Source of the DNA: Hyphochytrium catenoides
Lineage: Eukaryota; Protista; Hyphochytriomycota
Assembly (NCBI GenBank): GCA_900088475.1
Contig: FLMG01003282.1
Location: 1-57,983, forward strand
DNA: 57,983 bases
Direction of reading: 5' to 3'
Made by a program: the position numbers and the translations under genes
Notes under the pieces: model-generated
The model's database searches: none
What the model was told of the DNA's origin: nothing
What the model saw: only the letters and a program-made list of their open reading frames with translations
Shown here: positions 27,871 through 40,185 of the stretch, one piece after another
Layout: the number at the start of each line of letters is the position of its first letter
Position numbering within the stretch: the first letter of the stretch is position 1

Positions 27871-30491
27871 CAGTGGCAAAGTACGGCACCAAGCGGTGGT
27901 CCGTCATCTCCGAGCACCTCAACAAGGAGGATCTCGGGGTACAAAGGACAGGGAAGCAGTGTCGCACCCGCTGGCTGAACCACCTGGACCCGAGCATCAA
28001 GAAAGACCCTTGGACAGCAGAGGAGGAAAGGATAATCTATGAAGCACAAAAGACACTCGGGAACAAGGTGAGATTGCCCGGCTCTCTCCTAACTCTCCTC
28101 TTTCTGTCATTCATTGCCTTCTCTCTTCCTCCTTCGCTCTCTCCTATAAAATCTTTCTCTTTGATCCCTTGTTTCGTTCTCCATCGCTCATACTCTCTTC
28201 CTGTCTCCTTTCTCTGTCCTGTTCCTTTCGTGCAGTGGGCTGAGATTGCCAAGCTCCTCCCCGGGCGCACTGACAATGCGATAAAGAATCACTGGTACTC
28301 AACCATGAGAAGGAATATGAGGAGAATAGCCAAGGAAATGACAAAGCAGATTAAGCACACAGGAAACGGAGGCCCCGGAGAGACTCCCTCTCTTCCTCCT
28401 CCCACCGCGTCCATGGAACCTTCTGCTCCGTCTCTTCATGGAACCACCGTGGAGAAGAATTTCAGTCCCACACAACCCAACCAAGCCCAAGGAGGCAACA
28501 AGTAAGGCAGTCCGTGTCCCTTGTTGTCTGTACGAGACGCTAACATCCACATCCACCCTTTCTTCCCGCACTCTCTCTGGGCAGCCTGAACACGATGATT
28601 GGCAACCTGTCTCCAGGGGATGCTGCGCTCTTCCAGCGCTGTTATAACCTTCTCCAATCCTCCTTAACCAGCCCTTCTAGTAACGTTGGCCATAATTTGA
28701 ACAATGGGTAAGTCTATCACTCTTCACTTGTCTCCTCTCTGCTCTTCACTGCCAAGAGCCAATCTGTTTATCCTTCCTTTTCAACAGCATTCCACCTATC
28801 CGTTCCGTTCTCCATTAACGTCTGTGCCTGCAGGTCCAATCTTACAGCTGTGAACAACCCTCCTCTACCGGCCAAACGCAAGATGGAGCCCTTGCAGGCT
28901 GATAAGCACCAAAAATTTCTTACAAAGAGAAAAAGGGACGATCTTGTCGTCTCCACATCTTCGCCCTCCACTATCGCCAATGTCTCTAGCGCTGTCTCTC
29001 AGATTGGCATAGGGGAAAAGAGAGATAGACCGGGAGAGCCAGGCAATGGCATATTCATGCCGGAAACTCCTAAGAGAACACTTCATACTCAACTCCTCCT
29101 TCAACTCATGAGTAACTCTCAGGGCGGCCCTGGAGAAAGGGGCGATATGAAGATTCCATCTCCGCCACCTCCTGCTACAACCAACAAGCATAACTCACAG
29201 GTGTCACAGGCAAAAGGAAATAAGGGACAGGTTATGTCTTCGCCTCCTGGTGTCAATGGGCCGAACAGGAGGAAGTCCACGAGTCAGAAAGGAAAGCCAT
29301 CTCATCTTACGGTCAACACCAAGGCGACAGAGCCTAACAATAAGAAGATGAAGGTTCCTTCAACCACAGCCTCTCTCTCTTCCTCTTCGACCACTACCTC
29401 CTCATCATCCCTGCCTGACAACGGGATGGTTCACTTCCCTGATAGTTTGCTTAGTCACCACGGGGTGGACTTCTCTTCCCATCACCACCAGAATCACGCG
29501 CTTACCCCTTCAGAGCAGCTGGACATTGACTTCAAGGAAGTTATGGAGTTCTTCTCTCTCCCAACTCCTGGTGGAGGAAGAGGATTACGACGTTCTCCTC
29601 GTCTTAATCCTCTCCTCTTCCAGTCTGGGCCTGCTTCTGCAAGAAAGCACGGTGTTTTCTTTTCTGACTTCTCCCCGATTAACTTTGGCAAGGACTTTGA
29701 TAGCAAGGCCTTTGACTTTGTAAGTCCTCCTCGTTGTTTGTCATATCTCTTCCTCTCTTCGCTCGCTTTGTCCTCTTCAGTCGCTCTCCCTCTTTTCCCT
29801 GCTTTACCTCTGTAAGACCAATAAAGTGCCAAACCCTAACGCGTCTCACAATATCACAGGAGCTCAGTATGCCATCTCCTGTCACTGGCAGCATGCCTCG
29901 CCGCTCTCCCCGCTTACACCGGATGAGTCACGTAAGTATAGACGCCCTAATTTGTGCCTCGCTCTATATGTCAGTTTATGGCCTCCTTGCACCGTATTCT
30001 CGCTGGACAGCTTGTCACCATCACCATCGAATACGACTCTCTATGCCTCTTTCTTTCTGGTCCTCCTTGCCGCTTGTTCTAACCTGGAGCTTACTGACGC
30101 TTACTGACGATCTCCGCCTCTCTGTTTTCTCTGATCCCTTTTGCAGTTTGGCCCTGCACCTTCTCCCAGCAGCTTCGGCTTCACGAAGTCTCCTCGTGGG
30201 ACGCTTATGAAGGCTTTCCCTCCTCATCGAGGCCCCAAATCTCCTCGCCTGGACATGGATCTGATCAACAATCCGGACTTCGACATCGAGACGGTTTTTA
30301 TGATTCAAAGTCCGATGTCTGCAAGAATAGCGCGAGAGCATTGGGGGACCGACTTCTCAGAAGAGAGAGGAGACAAAGCAGGAGAGAGAGGAGGAGAGAA
30401 GATGGGAGAGAAGTCTACAGGGTCTGTAGCCAACAGCAATGGACACCGGCCGCCTGTTCCTAGCACGACGGCGGTAACGGTGAAGAAGTAG
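27508..30491 (+). CDS. R2R3-MYB transcription factor, 7 exons
   Basis: Exon 1 (27508-27601) '[17 protein letters not shown]|V' joins '[12 protein letters not shown]...[28 protein letters not shown]...LGNK|[26 protein letters not shown]'. Further approximate exons: 28585-28707, 28834-29720, 29860-29931, 30147-30491. Confidence 0.95.
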
Positions 30492-31217
30492 AAAAGAGGA
30501 GACCATGGTGTTCTCTTCAGCTTCGATCGCGACTCTTTTCCTTTTGCAGCTCTCTCTGTATGTTGTCCAACTCCCGTCCAGAGAGACTGAATTCTCCTAT
30601 ATATATCTATCTCCTGAGCCCAAGCAAAGAGAGAGGGCCATGCAAGAGGATGATGCGAAAAAGCGTGGGGAACTATGATCCCTATCCTATACTTAGCAGT
30701 CTGTGTCCGGTGTATGTCCTTCTCCTTCCTCTCATATCTCTCTCTTCGTTGTACAATATGAACAGCCCAGTTGTGTCTTTAGCTTCCCGCTGCCTTCTCC
30801 CCGCTGCCATGCAGTCGGCAGCTTAACCCCTTAAATGCCTGATAGACTGGCTCAGCCAACAGTTATCTGGTTTTCAATGAGGCTTTGTCTCTAATAGTAG
30901 TGGCAGGCTACTCTTAACCCGAAGAAGAGATTGAAAAGAAAGACTTTGAACCTTTTTCGTCATGCCTCAGCTTTTCGGACTCCGCCATAGAGTTATAGAG
31001 AGCACCTTATCTATGCTACCAGGACTAAGGTGCCACTTCGTGATTTTCCTCGGCATTGACTGATCGATACATTACTCTCGCCATTCTATTTATCGTTGTC
31101 AGTCCTACATCTGGCTACTTCTGTGACGCTCCAAGCAATTGACGCCTTGCAAGCATAAGTGGTAAGATAACTTTGGTTAAGAAATACTTGATGACACTCG
31201 CTAGGAGTCAGAGCCCT

Positions 31218-34200
31218 CTACGGGCGCTCGCTCCCATCGTGGGTTATTGCAGCACTTTCCTCAATCGACCAAGGTAGCGATGAAGCTGAAGGGAGAGAGA
31301 AAGGGACCCCGATAGTGGAACCAGCTGTGACAACCTCGGATCGGAGCGAAGTCGCCCCTCCCCCTAGTCCCGCGCCAAAGAGTTGGCCATCCGAGACCCC
31401 ACGCCTCAGCATTGGATCATCTGCAGGCGAAGCATCCGAATGTCAGGGAGAGGGAGGCAGGGCACAACGAACCTGAAAGGAGGACTAAACCAAACAACAA
31501 TGATAAAGCTAGGGAAGGGCCAGGGAAGAAGATTGTGTCCCCTACCTGCAGGAACCCTTCCTAAGTTGTGCCGAGGCTCGGGTTGTCTGGCTAGAAACTC
31601 CGCTAGGTGTACCCCTCCCTCGCCGTCTCTCTCTCCCTCTTGCAATAGCGAACACTTGATCACCGGTCCATCCAGTCTTTTACAGGTACAATTACAATTG
31701 CTCACGGGACAAACGTCATGAGTAGTGAACCACTGAGCAAGGTGGTGGGCATGGCCCCCGTGCTTGCAATTCTGACACCAGGTCCACCACTCCACGAAAG
31801 GGATGTTGAGCAAGCCCATTAGCTCCTCCTGAGAAGTAGAAGGAGGGACCGGTAACGAAGAAGCTCCAGTAGCAGGAACAGTGGACGAGGAGGAGGATGA
31901 CGATGGCGGGAGACCGAGTTGTTTCTGTGCATCGTGCTGCTTCGCCTTTCTATACTGTAGCTCAACGTAGGGGTTGAGGCTACCAAGAGACATCAGGCAA
32001 AGGGCACATCGAGGAAGAGGCTTCCGACAGCTTGGACAGCAGCTCAGCTTGGGCTTGCTTTTACTATATAAATAGGGCAGGAGGAGAAACTCTTGTCACA
32101 AGGTAGATACATGGGGGGCAAACAAAGAAGTTGTGAAGGGTCAAGAAGTTCAATGACGGTCAGAGTAAGCTTGATAAGGTTGGCTAGATATGTGTTAGGT
32201 CGAGCGAGTAGCGAGCAGTAGGCGGAACCTACCCCAGCCATGTTGCGTGTGAGCCCCCAGATCTCAGGAGTGCAGTGAGAGAGAGGGAGGAGGCACAGTA
32301 GTTACATCGCACATAGAGCTGTTGAGGTAAGGAGAATCCGCTGCTTCCTTTCTCTCCTACTTGGGTGCCATCAGACGAACCCGGGCCCCTACGAGTAGAA
32401 GATGAAGAGTCGCTTCTCTCGCCTCCTCCTGATCTCGTTTCTTCAAAACAGCGACGATGAAGTTAGGGAAAGAATGTAAGAATCAAAGAAAGAAAAGGAG
32501 AAGTTGGCTAGAGAAAGGAATGCGCAACAGGAAGGATGGTTCATGCACTAGAGTAACAATCAGAGCTAAATAGGATTTTAACTTGAGAGGGCATAGTCCG
32601 CCAGGAAAGCAGCGAAAGCTCAAAGCGTCGAGTTTGCAAGTGCGATGATCACTAGAGGTCTAGAAAGAAGGTCAAACTTGAGAATAGATAACACAGATTA
32701 ACGGTAGAGATTGACAAGTCACACCGTCGAATGACTTCCTCTTCATCAGTAGCTGGGAGCGCTGCACGTCTAACAGAGCGCGGGCTTTCCATAGCTGCCA
32801 GCGGTTGAGAAGCTCCTGGTACTGTAAGAACCATCTATCTGCAAGCTCTTTGCTAAAGGATAGCAAATTTTGATAGGATGAGACCACGCGGGATAAGTGG
32901 AGAGCTACCATGAGCATAGCAAAGACAAAAGCGTTGTGCAAGGGCGGCTGGTCAAGGTCTATATAATCGTGCCAAGGCAGGAGGTCTGAAGAGTACTAGA
33001 TGGCAAGCAAGAGCTCTCTGTAGCTGAGACATAGAGATGCAGGTTCACCTCTTATCTGAGGTGCTGTTCAGCCTGGCAACCAAAAGTGCTGCAGTCTGTA
33101 TGTCCGCTGTGCTATTTACATAAGTCTGCAGCAGCCGCAGCCCTCTACTGTTGAGCCCTGCGGGAACGAGCTGAAGTGAGAGGAGTAGGAGAACTCTAGG
33201 GAGGGTGTGTCTTGCGAAGACACGGTTAAAGGTTATGCCTCCGCTCTTTTGCCAACTGTGTCCAAATGCCTCCCTGTGATCTAGCTTACACTTTTCAGGA
33301 GAAACGCTACTGACCTGTGATGATCAGTCCTTCAAGTGCCCCACGCTCCACCCCTTCGTTGCCTTTCTCTTCCACGAACTTCTGTAGGTCGTCGGCGGGC
33401 AGGAACCGACATGCAAAAGCTATGGATGCATGGAGTTGACACAGGTACTGCGGTCAGTTGCTCATAGTAAGAAAGCTAGACATGCGCTGCAGTATCCCAG
33501 AGCACATTCTCGCAAATATATAAGGCAGAGAGACAGCATTGGCACTTAATAGGCGAGAAGGGACGCACACGAAGCAGAATTTATGAGTCAAGAAAATACT
33601 TTAAAAAATGGCTTAAGAGGATTACCGATCCGGTCACTAAGTGCCAGCGTTTGGTCGTAGAGTATGGTCTTGAAAGGTTGGTAAGAAGACAGCGAAGAGG
33701 AGGAGGAAAATTGTTGAGAGAGAGGATTGGTTCCATCCCTCTTCACCGCCACAGCAGACCGCCAGCTTTGTTTCCACAGGCGCTAGATTAGAGTCAATAT
33801 AGGCAATAGGCGACAGAGTGTCAGTGAGAACATTGACGGTAGTGAGGTTGCCACTGAAAAAGGAGGATGACATAACCTTTGATCAAATGACAGGAAGGGA
33901 GAGAGAAGAAACATGACGTGCGTAAGAATGAGAGAGACGTAATAAAAGATGGCGGACAGCTGCCGAGGTAGCAAAAAACCTGATCTCTGTTTGGGCCCTG
34001 ACTAGTTTTCATCGCGTGAAGGGTGGTTNNNNNNNNNNNNNNNNNNNNNNNNNNNNNNNNNNNNNNNNNNNNNNNNNNNNNNNNNNNNNNNNNNNNNNNN
34101 NNNGACAAGACAGGCCACTGAAAATAAGAGCGGGAAGAGCTCCAGTAGAAAACGGTAGAGCCCAAGCTGAGCAGAGGAAACTGGCGGTCGGTCTGCTGAG

Positions 34201-37200
34201 GTGATCGGGTATAGCAGACAATGAACATAACAGCAAAATCCGAGAAAGTTGGAAAGGAGGGCTTAGGGGCAATGATAGATTCTAAGGCATATACTTTGGG
34301 ATAAGGGAACGTGAAGAGAGAGGAGGACGAAAGAGTATGCAGTCGAACATCGAAGCCACTCACCTGCAATGGCCATTCCAACTAGGTCGTAGAGGTCTGC
34401 GCGGGCCAAGAGCTGTTGCTTTCGCTCTTTATCAAAATTTGTGGCGGTACCCGAAGCCTGAAAAGGAGAAGGAGAGAAAGCCGGAGGAGAAGAAGCGGCG
34501 ATGGACGCTTGCTGACGAAGAGAGGCCGCTCCCCTGTGGAGCGTTGAAACAGCGCCACGAAAGTCGCAATGGAACACTAGACGAAGAGAGGCGGGGCCTT
34601 TATGAGAGTGGCATTGAAGACGCTCGGAATTGAAACGCGTCCAGGAAGGTGAGAGTTATTGCGCCCAAGGTAGAAAGAGATAGGGAAAAGTAAGGATTTA
34701 GTGTAGAACAGATGCAATGAATTAACACAGATGAGACAGCGTTCAGAACCAGTTAGTGAACCCCTACCGGCTAGAGCGGCAGCTCTATCGTATAGCTGCT
34801 TTTGCTCCAATGCCTTGATAGTAGAGACGATATCCAGACTATCTTCATTCCTCTCATCCTCTCCATCCATGCTCGATTTGATAGACTGAAGAAGGCGCTC
34901 AGAAGAGGAAGTGGGCGGGGAAAGGGAGGAGGATGGTGCGAGGGGAAATAACTCTGGGTCCCATCCACAAGCAATCAACGATAGCCTTCTTCCCCAGCTA
35001 TCATAGATCTCACATCCTAGAGATGCGTTGATGGAGGATGAAGCCGATAGCCTCGGCGGGAGGGTTTGGTTGGCACTATCTGTGAGAGACGGCATCTACA
35101 AAAGAGAAAGAAACCACGTGAGACGAAGAAAGTCCAAATGGAGAGAGGCAAAGATTCCTATCTAAATCTACGGGTGGGAGAAACTAGCGTGCTAAGGACA
35201 GACAGACGATACCGGACAGTCCAGACGTTAAAATCACGGGATGGGAAGATTTTAGCAATCCCTTACGGTTGAGGGCCCGGAAGTCAGAAGAAGTGCCTCT
35301 ATGCCAGCGTTCCGTAGACCATCACTATTGATATTCCAGTGGTCTACCAATTTCGCAAACGAGTTTAGCCTCTCTTGCTTTCCTGGTTGAGAGGACGGAA
35401 GGGCAGACATTTCTGGACCTTCCTCTTACGATTCATTTGGGGCCGTCAGAGTAAGGAGTCGTAAACATTGCACAGGGAAAGGTGTTAGCAGCAAAGAAAG
35501 ACCCGCCAGAACGATGGTGGGACACGAACATTCTGTCCTACCTGTCTTCTCCGTCAGCTTTGCGTCGCAGAGCCTTTCTACTCTGTCAACCCATGTCCAG
35601 ACATGCAGAAGTTGCCGGCGGCGAAAGGTCGCTTCAGTAGGTAGTGCTATACATAAATAGAACAGAGCGATGGGCAAGAAGTAAATTGCTAGAGGACGAG
35701 CTAGCCAGTGAAGACCTGATGAGATGTTAACGCCGAAGTGTACAAGATAACCACACGTCTCTGAAATCTTGAGTCATACAACGAAGAAACGTCTAATGAA
35801 GCTATTGGCCAAGCGACAGAGTGCATAGCTACGCTATGAGGAAGTTACACACGTACTCTTCTCCACGGAATCCTCCTCCTGCTCCCTCATAGCAAATATA
35901 GCGAGAGACTTCTGAACATCCATTGAGTAGCCCTTCCTCGCCAAAGTCAGCATCTCAAGGGACACGTCTGTGCCGTAAGCAACATATAGCACAGAGCAAA
36001 TTATCAGGAAACAAGACTAGGGGACTGACGGTAACCAATAGAAGGGAAAGACAGGACAAAGGAAACGGAAGGCAACCAAAGAAATGAAGGATTGGAAGTA
36101 GAGAGACCCAGAACAGCTTAGGAGAGAAAGGCGATCGTAAGAAAAAGAAGTGACGAGGAGCACGTCAAGAAAGAAAGCTCTAGAACAAGAGGTGGTAGGA
36201 AGCACTCCAAGCCAGTACCGTCAGTTTCCGCCACTCCAGAGTCGTCAACTGTCGCTTGTCCTCCGGTATATTCTTCCGCTTGCCCGGCGAACAAGAGCTT
36301 GCCGCAGCTGAAGCTGAGAGAAAACGACGGTGACACCGAAAGAGGCATCGTCTCATGTTGAGAAAGATCGTCCACTGTACCGTTGACTACGCCGAGCATC
36401 GATTAGTATTTCCTGGCGCAGACCTTGAGCCCCATGCTATCACTCCTGTCACTATCGCTCTTTCCTATAGAAGCACACTATCTTTGCAATAGTCTACTAC
36501 TCGTCAGGCCTTCGCGACGAGGCCTTCAGAAGAAGCTATACGGTTGTAACTGGGCTTTCCTCCACTTCCTGACGCCGCTGTATTGCTCACCTGTCCCGAT
36601 AAGCAAGCGATTGGGGAAAGCTGCTGTGACACCGAAGCCGCTGACAGTTGACTGCCAAGAAAAAGACACAATGGGCTCTTCCGCATATCGACGATGAAAT
36701 GGCTTTGTGAGAACCGAGGAAGAGTTCGGGGGGAGGAGAGAAGAAGATGAAGATGCAGAAAGAGATCCAGAAGCGTTGGTCTGAAGCAATGCAGAAGAAA
36801 ATGAAGAAGTGCCAGAGATCGAGCGAGACGGATGGTTCGTGACATCGTCCTCCGGAGGCAGAGAAGATAGCACGTCCCAAAAAGATATCCACCGCTCGTC
36901 CAGCGAAGAGCTCGCTAGAACTCCAGGTCTGGATGGCGACCACAGGATCTGTTTGAGAGAAGGTGAGATAAACGGCATTGTCTTAGCTACCCTTAGTATG
37001 AGAGTCACAAGCTTCATGAGCGAAGAGAGAAATGAGAATCTCGTTCGCCGAGCATCACGATCAGACAGAAGGTACTTAGGGAGGAAGTGGAACGCCGCTT
37101 CAGTTCACTGATTGTAACGGGTAAGGTAGAAAATGAGGTTTGTTTTTAACCTGAGTAATATTCTTGGACGTAGGTCTGATAGTGACAACCGCGCTATTTG

Positions 37201-39270
37201 ACTCCAACCGCCGCACATCCCAGACCTTGATGACATCCTGGGGTGCAACGGAGTGTCATCAAGTGCTTCGCTTGCTCATCAAGAAGCCCCCGATCCACCT
37301 TTGACACACAAAACCAGCGAACCCCACAAGTCTGAGGCTCACTCCATCCATTCCACCTTGGCAGGGTGTGATCAATGCTGAGTGCTACGATTCTGTCTTA
37401 ACGACTAATGATACTTGAACGCCCCGGTCGGTCCCTTGTGACAAAGTCCCCTTCTGATTTGTCCATCAGTGTCTCGTACTCCCACTGAATCCTATCCTCC
37501 TATTCTTTCAAGGTACCTGAGGGCTGTCGGAGTAGGTGGCCAAGATGAAAGGTCGGTGGCCATCGCAGACGACCCCTTGCACGGTTTTTGCATGGGCGAC
37601 AATCGACATCGGAGAGCCAGGAGATCGTAGGTCATGGATTCTCAGCCATTTAAAGCCAGTACCAATGGCTAAGCAAGTCGGCTTTTGAAGACAAAGAGGA
37701 CAGCTGATAAGAGAAAAGCTCATAGCTTCTGAAAAACAGTCGAACCGTAAAGTGCGCATCTTCGGGAGACAATTTTTGTGCGCAGATTTTACGACGAGCA
37801 ACAAGAAGCGCTGGTTGGGGACGCATAGAGAACTAGCAAGAACTTTAAAATCGAGCGCAGACAGTGAGACGTATAGGTTGTCGACAAGCTGCCTTGGGGG
37901 GGGAGAACGGACTGATGGTTCACCTGCTGCGGAAGCCAGCTAAGCGCTACAGTGGCTTCGGAGTTGGCTAATTCCGCAATGGGCTTTGTGACGCTGCTGG
38001 CACTAGAAGGTAACTGGCCTAAGAGACACAAGTTTGATCAAGAATGAGAAGGCCATCGGCCAAACGATTGATGGTGGATCCTCTCCTTAATCTCTCTTTA
38101 ATCCACAACTATGGCTCTGGCCCTCACGACTGCCAACCTTCGCGTCCGTCATTGACCTTCAGTCACATACCTGCACCCGAAAGATTTGATCCTGAATCTC
38201 CCATGTAGTTGATATCCCAGATTAGGGTACAATGATCACTCCTGACCTATGGCAATGGATCGTAAACATTAAGCCAAGCTAAAGGTAACCCATTGAGAAC
38301 ACTATCAGAGTCAGACTATAACCGGGTATTGAGACGTATGAAAATGCCAACCCCTGCCCGGCAGTCCACGTTGTCCCCTGAACAAGTCCACGGCAAGAAA
38401 TAGATGTCCAGGTCTGTAGAGAAGGCATGTTGCTTCACACCTGGCGCCGGCACTCACCTTTTCAAGGCCAACTGCAACCTGATTCCAATTCTTATCGTTC
38501 CAGGCCACGGCGTTGCAAGGGCGAGGAAATTTTGGCACGAACTCCTTAAGCACAGCAGCGGGACCTGGACCAGACTTCCGCGTTCGTACGCCATCGCCGG
38601 AAGATATTCCTATGTCTATCTTTGGGCCAACTACCCAGGAGGAAGTGACAGTGAAAGTGTGTAAGATGGACATGTTCGAAGAGCTTGTGATTGATAGACT
38701 TCGACAGCTAAAGCTAGCGTGGAACTTACAAGGCGCCAGGGTAGTGATGTCTACAGGCTCATAGCATGCCTAACACTTACCATCGTTACTGACTTCTAGG
38801 CCCCCCAAATCCGTAAGGACGAGCTTCCCAGATCCCAGACCTAAGGGGGCCGGCGGATACAGGACGATTTCAGCTTGACTTGCAGCGCTGAAAGCCACAT
38901 GCCACGCCAACGGTTATCTTAGGTCATTACGTACCTGCCGCCAGAAGGAAAGGCTGTGACGGATCCGGGTTCCAATCCAGGCATCTCAGCAGAGGGACCT
39001 CAGCAGTAAAATTAAGCATTCGGAAGGAGCGCTTGCGCTGGGTTGGAACTACCAGCTTAGCCTGTTTATCAGGGGCTGCGTAGTGCGGTAGTAGGCTATT
39101 AGTCTTGTGGGACATGAGCAAGAAAACAACGCCAAAGTCCGCTTACTGTCGGAAGCAGGGTACGTCCTCTTGGAGAAGACCACTTGATACAAGCGAAGGT
39201 CATCCGATCCCACTGCGAACAGGCTTGGGTCGTGCGGTGACCATCGCACCGTCGTTTTCTGCTTACTCAT
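31218..39270 (-). CDS. MIOS: GATOR2 subunit MIOS/Sea4 (WD40, alpha-solenoid, C-terminal Zn/RING)
   Basis: Start 'MSKQKTTVRWSPHD', then 'PRPCNAVAWN...VAVGLEK', 'ALSWLP', 'LRIHDLR', 'MAIAG', 'AFACRFLP', 'YQELLNRWQLWKARALLD', 'CRKPLPRCALCL' and 'WWTWCQNCKHGGHAHHLAQWFTTHDVCPVSNCNCTC'. A final intron at about 31421-31545 joins the last exon, which ends at 31218. Confidence 0.93.
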
Positions 39271-40185
39271 TTTTGTCTAGGGAGCAGCAAGCAGCGCTGT
39301 TATGTAGGACAGCTCATGTCTTTGATACTACACAGCTTCCTTGCTACAACGGGCCCCACAGAGATGAGATGCGTCGTTCTCCAGGTGAACAGGCTACTCC
39401 TTATGCACCTCTAGCTCTATACTTGCCTTAGGTCCCACCGGGCAACGACGTCCTCACTATGGCACGATAAACATACCCGTGGAGGAGGAGCAGGAGAGAG
39501 GGGCCATGAACTTTCTTCGATCATCAGACATCAACAGCAAGAATCTTCATCTTCGCAACAAAATCTGGCGCAAATCGGGGGGGAGGTCTGAATTATCCTC
39601 TCAAAAATCAGTTCGAGATTCTTTATCGCAGGTCAATTGATAACTGGCCAGAGGCCCCTGTGATCGAAGACCACCCCACCTCCTTTTCCCTATCAACAGA
39701 CAGGTGGTCCCTTCTTACAAGATGTAAACGTTCAAAATTATGAACTGGTTGTGTGTGAGGCTGCAACATCGAGGCTTCGCCCGCCAGTAGAAAGAATCCT
39801 CTGGCGGTCTCCAACCTTCCATAGCAGTCTTTCTCCTGATGGGAAGCTCTCCCAGTTCGTCGCCTTCAGCTATGCCTGTCGTGATGTCTCATTGACCTCG
39901 AGGTGGCATAGCTTCGCTGTGCTGAAGTTAGAAGTAGAGATAGGTGCAGCATCGCGCAAGGCTGCTTTCTATGACTTCAAGAATGATCACAATCGGTCAA
40001 CGGCGATAGCAGCGGATCAATGCGGATCAGAACACCCTTCGAGAATTTCTTATCTAGGTCAACGTGAGCTCAACGCAGGGGAAGAGAAGCGTCATCAGCA
40101 CCTCCCCCTGCCTTCCGTACTTCTATACCTTCTTCAGGTTTAATGGAAGTGAGAACGACAGAGGTTGGACCCTTGCAACACCAGG

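Noticed and set aside
17176-39270. DEP-domain gene and MIOS as a TORC1/GATOR gene cluster
   Set aside because: The DEP protein lacks the other DEPDC5/DEPTOR domains and unrelated genes intervene, so the proximity is probably chance.
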